From Candidatus Methanoxibalbensis ujae (lineage in GTDB: Archaea > Halobacteriota > Syntropharchaeia > Alkanophagales > Methanospirareceae), in NCBI GenBank assembly GCA_026134085.1, contig JAOQIN010000013.1, positions 1 to 42,569 of the forward strand: 42,569 nucleotides of DNA, given 5' to 3'. The notes under the pieces are model-generated. The model made no database searches, was not told where the DNA came from, and was given only the letters and a program-made list of their open reading frames with translations. This document shows, one piece after another, positions 1 through 9,986 of the stretch (the stretch's first letter is position 1; every line of letters begins with the position of its first letter). Both the position numbers and the translations under genes were made by a program.

Positions 1-504
1 CTTATAAGAAGCGAGTAGAATGCAATCAAAGAGCGTTTTCTCGTAATAATCTACCACAGGAATTTTCATAATTCTTCTATATACTTCTTCCTTCAATTTC
101 CAGAAGTTTTCTAAATACCCGGATAATATATGTCCCACCTCGTTGAAAATATCAAAGCCTCTAGTTATACTATTATCCTCCATCGTGATACATGAATATT
201 CATTACCCCGATTATCAATATATATTCCAAGTTTCTTCCCCTTACTATGTTTAATAGGCTCCTCAAATATAGGAACTTTTTCATCTGCTCTCTTCAAATA
301 CCCAGAGATATCATTTTGCATTTCATTTTCTAATATTTGTATATTAAATCCACTCTTTTTTATTGAGCCATAACCATATACAATATTTATTGTGGATTCT
401 TTTCCAAGGATAAAAGGAATTCCATATTTTTGAATAAAATGATGGATTCCATATATTCTGTATGGATCCTTGGTGTAATAATGAAATGAGATCGCTCTTG
501 ACAT
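1..504 (-). CDS. Partial CDS running off the window edge, probably a polysaccharide-deacetylase-associated protein of the glycan operon
   Basis: Not in the ORF track. Manual translation from ATG at 504 is open to base 1 (MSRAISFHYYTKDPY...GFDIFNEVGHILSGYLENFW...IPVVDYYEK). It starts 14 nt after the ATP-grasp stop. Family is inferred from the DIF...LS...E...P.VD.Y pattern. Confidence 0.6.
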   Translation of the reverse strand, partial: MSRAISFHYYTKDPYRIYGIHHFIQKYGIPFILGKESTINIVYGYGSIKKSGFNIQILENEMQNDISGYLKRADEKVPIFEEPIKHSKGKKLGIYIDNRGNEYSCITMEDNSITRGFDIFNEVGHILSGYLENFWKLKEEVYRRIMKIPVVDYYEKTLFDCILLASYK

Positions 505-518
505 TTCACTATGTTAAC

Positions 519-1559
519 TTATTCTATAAATAAAACATCTCTATAAAAATAGGCTGTTATTCCCTCTCTTATATTTTTTATTTCTACTTTTTTACCTAAT
601 GCCATATATACTATCAATAGTGGCAAGTTCACGCCTGCTTTAACAGCTAATATGCATGAAGCACTCAATCTTGGATTTATCTCTAATAATTTTGCTTTAC
701 CATTTTCGTCATATTTAAAGTCAAAATTCACGGCGTATGCCAATTTTAGTTTTTTAACAATAAAATTCACTATTTTTTTAATCTCTTCGTTATTTCTTAT
801 TGTACATGCAACAGGAATGCTCAAATTAAGGCTTGTATTTTTCCTTATTACTACCGAGATCAATCGATGCGTGGTCGGATCTATCAGCGTATCTGCGCCC
901 CATTCTTCCCCGGGTAAATATTCACTGACAAGAATTTCTGGGAAACTATCCGATTGCCTTAAAATTTTTTTCATCCTTTCAAGATCAATAAACACATTGC
1001 TAGGCTTTTCCTTTTGGAATAAATCCCATTCATTTGTATCAGAACTTATTATCCGAAAACCTCTACTCCCGTGTCCAACGGGTATTTTCACACAAACATA
1101 TTTTTTAGGATATCCCAACTCGTAAACTGCCTCTTCAAATTCTCTCATGTTTCTGGGCACTATAAATCTTGGAATAAAATTTTCACCATCAAACATTTCA
1201 TATAATCTTATTTTGTTATTTGCAACTTCAAGGGTTTCATAGTCAGAAACACATATTTTACAGTTCAACTTTTCTTCAAAATGGCTTTTATGTTTTGCAA
1301 GATTATTCAGCTCAAGAGTTGCAAGGGGAATTATTACATCCACTTTGTTTTTAATTACAATTCTCTCTATATCCTCTATAAAATTTAGTGTGGTACCCCT
1401 ATGCACACGATAAAATTTATTCACTAAGTATTTCCCGAGTATTTCATCCCTAATATCTGTTCCTATTATTTCTATATTTTCGTCTTCTCTCAGGGCTTTA
1501 ATGATAGTAGGCGCCCCTGGTGCACCTACTGCGGTTAATACTACCCTGATTTTTGTCAT
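519..1559 (-). CDS. ATP-grasp domain ligase (CarB/PylC-like fold) of the glycan cluster
   Basis: N-terminal VLTAVGAPG Rossmann-like motif, VKIPVGHGSRG loop, SEYLPGEE, and C-terminal LLEINPR metal-binding motif. Confidence 0.85.
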   Translation of the reverse strand: MTKIRVVLTAVGAPGAPTIIKALREDENIEIIGTDIRDEILGKYLVNKFYRVHRGTTLNFIEDIERIVIKNKVDVIIPLATLELNNLAKHKSHFEEKLNCKICVSDYETLEVANNKIRLYEMFDGENFIPRFIVPRNMREFEEAVYELGYPKKYVCVKIPVGHGSRGFRIISSDTNEWDLFQKEKPSNVFIDLERMKKILRQSDSFPEILVSEYLPGEEWGADTLIDPTTHRLISVVIRKNTSLNLSIPVACTIRNNEEIKKIVNFIVKKLKLAYAVNFDFKYDENGKAKLLEINPRLSASCILAVKAGVNLPLLIVYMALGKKVEIKNIREGITAYFYRDVLFIE

Positions 1560-1571
1560 TTTTCATTCTTC

Positions 1572-2183
1572 TTATTTAATTACCCATCTCATTATTTCAA
1601 AAGCTTCCGCATACTTTTCACCAATTTGTGTGCCTCGTGTTCTTGCTAGCCCCATAATAAATTCTTCATTCATGTAATCCCTATCCATCTGAGATTCATA
1701 TTTTTTAAGAGCTTCTATTTTCCTTCTTACATGTTTCTCTTCTAGAACAATAAATACAGTTGCACTAAATGTAAAACAATTCCAAGGTTCCTCATATCCT
1801 AAAATAGTCAATGCTGTTTTTTTAAATGCTCTAAGAGCTTCTGAGGTTACAACTTGATGATCTTGATGCACATCCTTAAGAGAAGGTGTGAAAACAACAG
1901 TCGGCTTAATCTCTTCTCTCAACTCTATTAATGTATCAAGTATTTCTTGCCGATATTTTGGGAAATGTCTAACTTTAAAATCGAAAATATAAACATTTTT
2001 TTGATTCAAACGCAAGATTCTTGTTGATTCTTTAACTTCTCTTCTGAGAACTTCCTTCCCAATATCCGAAAATGCAACATAATAGAGTTCCATCCCCTCC
2101 TCTACAAATTTAGCAATCGAACCTCCACAGCCTAATTCCCCGTCATCTGTGTGCGGACTTAAAACTAGTATTCTATCGAACAT
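1572..2183 (-). CDS. PIG-L/LmbE family N-acetylhexosamine deacetylase
   Basis: SPHTDDGELGCGG, DVHQDH and YESQ motifs. Confidence 0.9.
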   Translation of the reverse strand: MFDRILVLSPHTDDGELGCGGSIAKFVEEGMELYYVAFSDIGKEVLRREVKESTRILRLNQKNVYIFDFKVRHFPKYRQEILDTLIELREEIKPTVVFTPSLKDVHQDHQVVTSEALRAFKKTALTILGYEEPWNCFTFSATVFIVLEEKHVRRKIEALKKYESQMDRDYMNEEFIMGLARTRGTQIGEKYAEAFEIMRWVIK

Positions 2184-2200
2184 ATAGTTCCTGTTTTATC

Positions 2201-3334
2201 TCATATTTTACTATTCTCCTTGAATTCCTTTTCTATTTCTCTCTTGCTCATATAATCATAAAAACTTTCAGGATATCGCTCAATGAAATCCGTCATAAAT
2301 GCTGTAACATCAATTTTCTCTTCCAATACTTTCTTCAATTTCTCTTTTTGTTTTCTTTTTGCATTATTATCATCTAATATCTCCAGAGCTTTATTTAACG
2401 CCAGATATTGATCGGCAAATGTATAGGATAACCTATATTTGTTTACAAGCTCGTCTCGGACACCGATATTTTGCGCTTGAATAACATCTTTTAACTCGCC
2501 AGATCGCGTCAAAATTCCCTCCACATGCACAGATGGCGTTCCTAATAAGGCAGATTCTGTTGCTGTCGTGCCGCCCTCACCAAAATAGAGACTTGCATAA
2601 TAAAGTGCAGAATGCAATTTCTCTGGCGCAATCGGTATTTTATATTTCTCAAGGTTCTTGTTGAGTTTTCGTTCTGATGTTATGAAAACATGTCCATATT
2701 TTTCAAGAGATTTTATTGCTTTTTCTAAGAAATCCTTTGAAAATCCTCTGGAGCGAATATCATGAGCCGCTCCCCATGAGATTAGCCGCATAATTATGAA
2801 TTTATCATTCTTACTTAATCCTAAATCATTCAGAACGCTTGGGTCTGGTTTGAAATATTTTGGATGTAGGTATGCGAGCTCTTCATAGCCATTGTAGGTA
2901 ATATGTTTTGATGGATTTATTCTTTTTTTAAAACATGAAGGTGTACAAATAACATCAGCAAAAGGATACGTAAGTAAATTTGCAAGTTTTGCATGTTCAG
3001 TATCTGAAAAACAAATATATGGTTTACTTAACATCCTACTAACTTGTCCCATATAAGCACTTCCTTTGCCGACAAATAAGTCTGGGTCAAAGTCTCTCGC
3101 TATCTTTAACAGTTTTAGGTTACTTTCAATTAGTCCATATGCCTTTCCAAATAGCCTAATATAATTTTTGCCATAAATTTCATAATTAAAACCAAGTAAA
3201 TTTAATAATTTTAATGTTATATCTTTATCTCTAGCTGCTATTTTAACCTCATGGCCACGTTCTATTAATTTTTTTATAGGATTTTTCCAAACATGAACCC
3301 TTTTTGGGTGTTCAATTCCTACAAGAATTCTCAT
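2201..3334 (-). CDS. DUF354 family GT-B glycosyltransferase-like protein
   Basis: IEHPKRVH, ARDKD, SDTEHA, YNGYEELAYLHP and GGTTATESALLGTP motifs. Start moved to MRILVG (3334), 1 nt after the upstream stop. Confidence 0.85.
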   Translation of the reverse strand: MRILVGIEHPKRVHVWKNPIKKLIERGHEVKIAARDKDITLKLLNLLGFNYEIYGKNYIRLFGKAYGLIESNLKLLKIARDFDPDLFVGKGSAYMGQVSRMLSKPYICFSDTEHAKLANLLTYPFADVICTPSCFKKRINPSKHITYNGYEELAYLHPKYFKPDPSVLNDLGLSKNDKFIIMRLISWGAAHDIRSRGFSKDFLEKAIKSLEKYGHVFITSERKLNKNLEKYKIPIAPEKLHSALYYASLYFGEGGTTATESALLGTPSVHVEGILTRSGELKDVIQAQNIGVRDELVNKYRLSYTFADQYLALNKALEILDDNNAKRKQKEKLKKVLEEKIDVTAFMTDFIERYPESFYDYMSKREIEKEFKENSKI

Positions 3335-3335
3335 G

Positions 3336-4517
3336 TTAGCTGCATACTTTTCTAACTGATTTAGCAATCGTCATCAAATCATCCTTGGAAAGAGAATAAT
3401 AATTAGGAATTATCAATACCGTATCTGAAAGATTTTCAGAGTTCTGGCAGCCACCACTGTATCCGTAAAATTTTCTTGCAAAAGCAGGTGTCATGCTGTA
3501 TAACCTGGCAGTATCTACATTCATTTTTCTTAAGGATTTCCAAACACGATCTCTCTCATTTTTATTATCAAATCTCACTGGGAACAGATAATAGTTCCAG
3601 TAAGTTTCTTCTTTTTCATGTGGCAATATCAGATGGGTATCCTTCAGCTCTTGGGTCAATAGAAATGAATTCATCCTCTGTCTTTCAACAAGTTCTTTAA
3701 ATATTTTGATCTTTCTTAGAAAGATATACAGTGAGATTCTGTTTATTTTTGAAATTTTAAAAGTTCTTTTATTCATTATGTCAACTCTAGATTCTAGGTT
3801 AGATCCAAGAGAATATGCAAAAAGACCGAACCAAGGTCTATGGTAGAGACAGGATTTAATATATCCAAATAGGGCATCTTTAAGTTCATTCAGATAGAAT
3901 TTCGACTTTAATGATGTTATCTCCTTCTCAACCTCCTCCCCCCCTCCATTATTTATCACTATCATTCCCCCCTCACCGGCAGAAATATATTTAGCAAAGC
4001 TAAAAAAGGACGCATCGCCAAGCTTTCCAGTAATCTCTCCCTTATACTTACTGAATAACGAGTGCGCGCAGTCTTCGATGATGTACAATCCATCAGCTAC
4101 ATTTTTAATTAAATCCATATCAGCAGGTCGTCCAAAAGTATGAATAACTATAATTACATCCAGATCGGAAATCTTTTCCTCCAAATCTTTTGGATCAAGC
4201 GTGTAGTTATCGATATCAATATCAATAAAACAAGGTTTCAGTCCAGCCTTTAAAATTGCATCAAAGACTACTGTGCATGAATATAAAGGAACCCCTACCT
4301 TTGCTCCTTTAGGAAGCCTTAAAGATTTTAACAGGATATAAAGTGAAACTCTTCCACTGTTTGTGAAGAAAATAGTCTCACCAAAAATCGATTTAACGAA
4401 ACTTAAATCAGATTTGATACCTTTGACTAATGAATTTACACCGTGAGTCAAATCCGAAAATTTTAAATCCAAATTAAATCTAGGTATTAAACCCGGAGTT
4501 GGCTTAATACAACTCAC
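3336..4517 (-). CDS. DegT/DnrJ/EryC1/StrS family PLP-dependent sugar aminotransferase
   Basis: TNSGRVSL, VIHTFGRPAD, IIEDCAHS and FSFAK..SAGEGG (Schiff-base Lys). GTG start. Confidence 0.85.
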   Translation of the reverse strand: MSCIKPTPGLIPRFNLDLKFSDLTHGVNSLVKGIKSDLSFVKSIFGETIFFTNSGRVSLYILLKSLRLPKGAKVGVPLYSCTVVFDAILKAGLKPCFIDIDIDNYTLDPKDLEEKISDLDVIIVIHTFGRPADMDLIKNVADGLYIIEDCAHSLFSKYKGEITGKLGDASFFSFAKYISAGEGGMIVINNGGGEEVEKEITSLKSKFYLNELKDALFGYIKSCLYHRPWFGLFAYSLGSNLESRVDIMNKRTFKISKINRISLYIFLRKIKIFKELVERQRMNSFLLTQELKDTHLILPHEKEETYWNYYLFPVRFDNKNERDRVWKSLRKMNVDTARLYSMTPAFARKFYGYSGGCQNSENLSDTVLIIPNYYSLSKDDLMTIAKSVRKVCS

Positions 4518-6050
4518 CTACAATTTTTTTAATTTTTTCATTTTTCTTATCTTTCTATTGAGGAGTTCTTTTTCTCTATTTATTTCAGTATACCGCACTT
4601 CACCTTTCGATAATTCGCTACCCTCTTCAAATATTTCTTTTAAAACTCTACCATCAATGTCGTTTGGTATGGGAATACCCATGACATAGAGAATTGTAGG
4701 GGCAATATCTAATATACTAACTCCTGTCAGCACTTCTCCTCTTTTTATACCATTTCCATAAGCTAAGAAAATACCTTCAGTGCTGTTTTCAGCTCTCCAT
4801 TTTTTAGGTAAACCAAAGACATTCTCGTTACCTATCCCTGAGCTCGTATAAACATGAACTCCCTCCTCGTAGATTATATCTGGAGCAATATCTAAATACC
4901 TGCCCTTATATAACTCCTCTTTCCTGTAAACCTTTCTTGCGACTTTATATCCATTTGGAGTTGTTAAATTTGTCAATTTTTTAATTATATCCTCTCTTAT
5001 TCGCTCATACTCGCTTTTATCATCAACCATAAGATAGATCAAACCTTGCCCTACAGCTATCGCCTTAGATTTTTCCCAGTCAATATGTGCATCGAGAATT
5101 CTTGTACCCGCTATCGTTCCATCTTCGGAGGGGATAGATCTGATTATCCTCTCTGGAAAGGTTCTTCTAATCAAATGCGTAATTCCCATTTTATTAGCAA
5201 TTTTAACTAAATTCTGTTTTGTAATTCCGATTTTTTGCAAATTCTTTAAAAGTGATTTTTTGGTTTTCAGATATCCCTCCCTCTCTAGCCATGTGTTAAC
5301 ATAGAAGGCATCATATATTTCATTTGTACCATGGTCTGACATAAGGAATATATTTCCAACTTCTTCATTGCTTATAAATTCACCAATTCTACTGTCAATT
5401 AGTTTCCATGCTCTCTTTACAAGAACATCATCAAATAGGAAATGATGAAGAACATTAATGTAAAATATAGAAACTTGCAAGAAATCAACCTCAGTCAGCA
5501 TATCTTCTCCAACATCAAATCTTGAGTCTATAATAGAAAGTATATCATCAATATATTCTCTGATATCTTCTTGAGTTGAAACATGTATTTTGGGGTAAAC
5601 TCTATAATTGTATTTTTCTTTTAACTTTTCTTCAAGAGTTTCTGGATAAGTGTATCTAGTATATGCTGAATCCGGAGCCCCAGAAATCATAAAACCATTT
5701 AATTTTTTTGGAGGATATGTTGTTGGCATATTAATCACACCAACCCTAAATCCTGCTCTACTAATATAGTCAAATATTTCAAGACTATCAAATGAGAGCG
5801 AGTTATATCCAACAAGCTTTTTCTTTTTCCGATCTACTCTCTGCCACCAGAAGACGCCAAGTTTTGCAGGGTTTTTACCGGTAGAATAACATTTCCAGTT
5901 TGGGCATGTAACTGCTGGAAGTTGAGAAGTTGATATCCCCCAAACTCCGTTTTCTCTTAGATATTTCAGGTTTGGCAAATCACCATTTTCAATCCAAGGT
6001 TCAATCAAGCTCCAGTTTGCACCATCTAAGCCTATAACTACTGTTTTCAT
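4518..6050 (-). CDS. Alkaline phosphatase superfamily (type I phosphodiesterase/nucleotide pyrophosphatase) protein
   Basis: VIGLDGA, PAVTCPNW...TGKNP, MSDHG and LDIAPTIL...DGRVL motifs. Confidence 0.85.
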   Translation of the reverse strand: MKTVVIGLDGANWSLIEPWIENGDLPNLKYLRENGVWGISTSQLPAVTCPNWKCYSTGKNPAKLGVFWWQRVDRKKKKLVGYNSLSFDSLEIFDYISRAGFRVGVINMPTTYPPKKLNGFMISGAPDSAYTRYTYPETLEEKLKEKYNYRVYPKIHVSTQEDIREYIDDILSIIDSRFDVGEDMLTEVDFLQVSIFYINVLHHFLFDDVLVKRAWKLIDSRIGEFISNEEVGNIFLMSDHGTNEIYDAFYVNTWLEREGYLKTKKSLLKNLQKIGITKQNLVKIANKMGITHLIRRTFPERIIRSIPSEDGTIAGTRILDAHIDWEKSKAIAVGQGLIYLMVDDKSEYERIREDIIKKLTNLTTPNGYKVARKVYRKEELYKGRYLDIAPDIIYEEGVHVYTSSGIGNENVFGLPKKWRAENSTEGIFLAYGNGIKRGEVLTGVSILDIAPTILYVMGIPIPNDIDGRVLKEIFEEGSELSKGEVRYTEINREKELLNRKIRKMKKLKKL

Positions 6051-7090
6051 TTTTTACTATATTCAGCGCTTGATAAATATTTTCTGTAAAGTTTAAATCC
6101 TTTTTCTGCAATCTTCATTTTAATTTGAGAATGAACTTTTTTATATCTTCCGTAATTATAGAACTCACAACCAAAACGCGCCTTGTAATTCCTGATATTC
6201 ACGTTTTTAGTTGGAGATCCCCCCCCGCCAAAATCAAAGGTTTTGTATCCATTTTCAGAACCCCACTCTAGTAAATGCCAGATTAGCAAATCTCCCGGAT
6301 GATATGATAGATATTCTTTAATTGCTCCTGTATACCAGGCATATATTGTATCCTTATAAATAAGAGCTACTTGGGTCGCAATGAACTTATTGTTATATTT
6401 TGCAAAAAGAAATATAGCTTTATTACTTGATACTAATACATCAAAGACTGATTCAAATAGAGAAATATCGGCAAGAGGGATTCCTGCTCTTTTATACGTC
6501 TCCTTAACCAAATCATAAAAGATTTTTATTTCCTCTTTTTTATTGCACTCTTCGATTATAATCCCTGCTTTTCTCGCTTTTTTAATTCCTCTTTTTCTAT
6601 CTTTCTTCAATTGCTCCCATAATTCCTCTTTTGGCTTACTTATATCAATTAAAGCATTAAAATGATCTTCAAAGACAAATCCACTGTTCTTAAGAATACC
6701 ATCTAAAATTGGTACCTTATGTAACATTCTTATTTCACTATAAATCGCCTTTTTTCTTGCAATTTCTTCATATTTTTGAAGTAAATGCAAAGTAGCTTTA
6801 AAGCCCAGATCACCCTCTGAAAACAGCGGACCACCTTGAACAATTGACCGAGCTGTAAATGACCCTAATATACCTTTCATCTCCCTCACAACAACTGCTA
6901 ACATAACAGCCTGTATCTCATCTGTGTCGTCAACAACTGCAAGTGATATCGGTTCGTAATTTTTGGTTCTTTTATAAACTTCAGCCATCTCCGGTGTTTG
7001 GAAAATATTTCCGTGTGGATGATTATACACAAAATCGCTCCACTTCTTTGTGTCAAGCGAGCTCGCTGTTTTAACGGAAACTTCTGTCAT
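6047..7090 (-). CDS. FemAB/FemX-like GNAT aminoacyl/acyl transferase
   Basis: HPHGNIFQTPEM, RGIKKARK.G and LIWHLLEWG...FDFGG....YKARFG motifs of the FemAB-like family. Confidence 0.85.
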   Translation of the reverse strand: MTEVSVKTASSLDTKKWSDFVYNHPHGNIFQTPEMAEVYKRTKNYEPISLAVVDDTDEIQAVMLAVVVREMKGILGSFTARSIVQGGPLFSEGDLGFKATLHLLQKYEEIARKKAIYSEIRMLHKVPILDGILKNSGFVFEDHFNALIDISKPKEELWEQLKKDRKRGIKKARKAGIIIEECNKKEEIKIFYDLVKETYKRAGIPLADISLFESVFDVLVSSNKAIFLFAKYNNKFIATQVALIYKDTIYAWYTGAIKEYLSYHPGDLLIWHLLEWGSENGYKTFDFGGGGSPTKNVNIRNYKARFGCEFYNYGRYKKVHSQIKMKIAEKGFKLYRKYLSSAEYSKK

Positions 7091-7838
7091 ATAGTCTGAC
7101 TCCAGTCTTCCCTACGTTTTTTATATTCTGCCACACAAATTCTTTCAGCCATTCACCGAAGTTTCTGCTCCACCTGTTTGGATGCACAGATATACATATT
7201 TGTTCAATTCTTCTATCATTTAATACTTGTATTACATCATCTGTGCTTTTTATATCATATAAAACACTCCTTACATTCACAATATCCTTCACACTGAATT
7301 TTGTGCTCCAATTCCTTCCTGTATCCGTCAAATATAACACCTTCTTATAATCTATTGAGATGTAAGGTTCGCCGATAATATCAAAATTCCTGAAATCATA
7401 TACGCTCCACAAATCCCTGTTTATCCATTTGCTCAGAGGATTGCCATGCATGCATATTGTTTTAACATCATAAATCTTCCTGAACGCTTTCAATTCCTCT
7501 TCAAATATCCTTATCGCCTTCTCAAAATTCCCTTTCGCCTTATCCAGCACCTCGTAATGGTACCCTATTTCATGCCCCATGCTTGCTATTTTTTTTATTA
7601 TATCCTTTCTGAAGACCCCCTTCTTCATCCTGAAGTAATAAGTTGATTTTATACCCATCTCCTTCTCCAATTCCGCCATTCTCAATGCACTTTCCGGTTT
7701 TCTATCCACATCATGTCTCATTATAACTACACTTCCCGATGGATTCTGCATCAAATATGATTTCACGGTCATAGGCTCGTATCCTTTCAAAACGGCTTCG
7801 CATAATTCTCTATATTTCGCCAGTGTAAAATCGCGCAT
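7071..7838 (-). CDS. Polysaccharide deacetylase-like (NodB/CE4-fold) protein
   Basis: MRHDVD, STYYFR, GHEIGYHYE, CMHGNP and SVHPNRW motifs. Confidence 0.75.
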   Translation of the reverse strand: MRDFTLAKYRELCEAVLKGYEPMTVKSYLMQNPSGSVVIMRHDVDRKPESALRMAELEKEMGIKSTYYFRMKKGVFRKDIIKKIASMGHEIGYHYEVLDKAKGNFEKAIRIFEEELKAFRKIYDVKTICMHGNPLSKWINRDLWSVYDFRNFDIIGEPYISIDYKKVLYLTDTGRNWSTKFSVKDIVNVRSVLYDIKSTDDVIQVLNDRRIEQICISVHPNRWSRNFGEWLKEFVWQNIKNVGKTGVRLYDRSFR

Positions 7839-7930
7839 CTTTACAACAAACCTCTATTTCTATCTCCCCATTCACCATTCAATTATCCGCCGTTGTCGTC
7901 TCTGTGCTGTGTGAAGGATAAACAGAAATT

Positions 7931-8426
7931 TTAGCAGAACAGAAATTTCCGCAGCATTTTTGTCACTGAGGGACTTATTCTCATCGTTGTCCCTATGAAA
8001 GGAATGAAAAGGGCGGATATTGGAATCTCCAATATGTCTGAATTACCCTCTTTCACCACAGAATCGTAGGAGATCATGTAAGGTCTTCTCGGAGCGAGCA
8101 GCCACTTCAATTTCCTTTCAGAGCCGAATGTGAAAGGGCCGTCAAAACGCTGTGATGCCACTGAGCTGTCTGTCTTGAAACCTGTCTTCTCCAATGCGCG
8201 CACAGTATCCTCATTTATCCTCAACATAGGCGCCCTGAAAGATTCAGTTCTTCCCGCAACATCTTCTATGACCTTCTTCGCTCGCTTCAGCTCTTTCAGC
8301 TGCTCCTCATATCTCAAGGAATCAAACGCTCTCTGCGGTGAGTGGTCATATCCATGGCAACCCATCTCATGCCCGTGCCCCCTCACAAGCTCAACAGATT
8401 CTGGAGACGCTTCGGCAAACATCCCT
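7931..8426 (-). pseudogene. C-terminal part of an IS-interrupted polysaccharide deacetylase (DUF3473-type)
   Basis: GHEMGCHGYDH, SFRAP, DSS and EIPIS motifs. It resumes immediately after the IS right end. It stops early at FLFC* beside an 11-nt direct repeat and lacks the usual C-terminal HP motif. Confidence 0.85.
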
Positions 8427-8443
8427 TTGACACTCTCCACGAC

Positions 8444-9538
8444 TTAAGTCGGGAGTCGTGGAGATTGGGGATTTGTAAGCTTAAGCTTCATCCTATCCCC
8501 TCCGGGCTGTGTCAAGGCAGCCCCTACCCTTGAGATATACCCAAGGGCTCGTTTTAAAATGTTTAAAGCTCCATTATAGTCTGCATTCAGTTCAATTCCG
8601 CAATTAGGACAAATAAATCTCCCGTTGCGTCTCAAACCTTGAGCTCCACAACGGGAGCATAGCTTGGAGGTATTTGCTTCATTAACCTTGATTACCGCGA
8701 TTCCTTCCCAAGTTGCTTTGTATTCGATGAATTTGGATAGTCGATAATAAGGAAATGAGTTTAGCTTTCTGTTAAATTTTCTCCCCTTATCTTGCTTTCT
8801 TATTCCTTTCAAATCGCCCAATACTATCACAGCATTCTCTTCCTTGGCTCTGTTAACTATCTCCCTTGAAATCTTGTGTAGCAAATCATCAACTACTCTT
8901 TTCTCTTTGTTACCAATCTTTTTTATAGCCTTAAACTTCTTTAGTTTTCCTAATTTCCTTCTAAGGTAGAAATAATGTCCTCTAACCTTTCTAAGTCCTT
9001 TTCCATAGAGTTTTGGTTTTGAATTAGCAGTGGAAACAATGGTAGCAATTCTTCTTATCCCCAAATCAATGGCTAAAATGTTGTTGTATTCTTGCTTGAT
9101 TTCAACTTCCTTCTCAACTGCTATATGAACAAACCAACCATCCTTCTTTCTGAAAACCTTAGCTTCTTTAAATCTCCAACTCATATCTATTTCGCAGTGT
9201 GGTTTAATAGGTAGTTTTATTCCACCTCTAATTCCGTGAACAGGAATCCCAATCCAGTATTTTGATAGCTTGTTGTCTGTCACTTTGATATCGTAAATCC
9301 TATACACATCGTTTCTCAAAATGAGAGGATATTCCTTCTGCTTAATCTTTCCACCGTTTTGTTTCCTGATTTTTCTTAGTAGCCTTTCAGCTTGCTGTTT
9401 TGTAGCAGAATAAAGCTCAGCATCCTCTCCTCTTAAAGCCTTCTGAAAGTTAGCGTATTCTCTCTCCAAAGCTTCAAGCTTACCTTTATTCGTTTCATCA
9501 AGTATCTTAGCTTTGATAACTTTTCTAACTAACATCAT
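8444..9538 (-). CDS. tnpB: RNA-guided endonuclease TnpB with rearranged RuvC-II
   Basis: LAIDLG (RuvC-I), IVLGDL, VNEANTS, CSRC...CPNC zinc finger and NADYNGALNI (RuvC-III). Start MMLVRK at 9538 overlaps the tnpA stop (ATGA). Confidence 0.92.
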   Translation of the reverse strand: MMLVRKVIKAKILDETNKGKLEALEREYANFQKALRGEDAELYSATKQQAERLLRKIRKQNGGKIKQKEYPLILRNDVYRIYDIKVTDNKLSKYWIGIPVHGIRGGIKLPIKPHCEIDMSWRFKEAKVFRKKDGWFVHIAVEKEVEIKQEYNNILAIDLGIRRIATIVSTANSKPKLYGKGLRKVRGHYFYLRRKLGKLKKFKAIKKIGNKEKRVVDDLLHKISREIVNRAKEENAVIVLGDLKGIRKQDKGRKFNRKLNSFPYYRLSKFIEYKATWEGIAVIKVNEANTSKLCSRCGAQGLRRNGRFICPNCGIELNADYNGALNILKRALGYISRVGAALTQPGGDRMKLKLTNPQSPRLPT

Positions 9539-9882
9539 CTTTCTGTGCCTCCTTCTCAATCGCCTCTTTTGAAACCTATTGTTGCTACGAAGTATGAGTG
9601 AGTCCACAGCGACGGAAGCTTAAGCAGTTCAGGAAACTCCCGTCTTAAGAATCTTCACAATCTTATGGACGGGAATTGCTGGATGGGCTGAAACGAACAG
9701 GTGGAGATGGTCCGGGTTTATTGCAAGCTTGAGAACCTTGATCCCCAATTCATCTGCAACCTCGTAGATAATTTGTTCCAATCTCTCCCTGATTTTGCCA
9801 GCTAAAACAGGCTTTCTACGCTTGGGACACCATAAATGGTATTGTATTGGATACACCTTGTTGAATGTTTATAGTTACCCAT
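9535..9882 (-). pseudogene. tnpA: Y1 (HUH) transposase TnpA pseudogene
   Basis: Fragments MGNYKH / YHLWCPKRRKPVL...PDHLHLF...KIVK / LRREFPELLKLPSLWTHSYFVATIG / SKEAIEK-EAQKR are separated by frameshifts and deletions. The KG.SS segment and the catalytic Tyr (EKYIExQ) are missing. Confidence 0.88.
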
Positions 9883-9986
9883 CTACAAACAATTTAGCAG
9901 TTGATATATTTAAACTTATCGAGATAATAACCCGCCCCCTCCCCTAATTCATGAATAAATTCATAAGCTTTCTTAGCGACATTTTT

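Larger units (their letters stand above)
8427..9986 (-). mobile_element. IS200/IS605-family insertion sequence (IS605 group, IS608-like ends), 1560 bp, non-autonomous
   Basis: On the minus strand: inserted right after TTAC (plus 9987-9990); left end has AAAG at +16..+19 then hairpin ATGAAT-TT-ATTCAT; right-end hairpin CTCCACGAC...GTCGTGGAG followed by AGTGTCAA. No target duplication. It splits a deacetylase gene and contains a tnpA remnant plus tnpB. Confidence 0.92.

Noticed and set aside
519..1559. pylC (pyrrolysine biosynthesis) or carB
   Set aside because: The fold is similar, but no pylB/D/S/T or carA is nearby, it has a single ATP-grasp unit, and it sits in a glycan operon.
9539..9607. 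N-terminal extension of TnpB (MDSLILRS...)
   Set aside because: It is out-of-frame tnpA remnant. The ATG at 9538 overlaps the tnpA stop, as expected for coupling.
9894..9986. C-terminal half of the 79-aa ORF 9894..10133
   Set aside because: Read-through from the broken deacetylase into the IS left end.
8427..9986. TnpB as a Cas12f/type V CRISPR effector or part of an IStron
   Set aside because: No repeat-spacer array or cas genes in the window, there are clear IS ends and a tnpA remnant, and there is no room for a group I intron in the roughly 100-nt left end.
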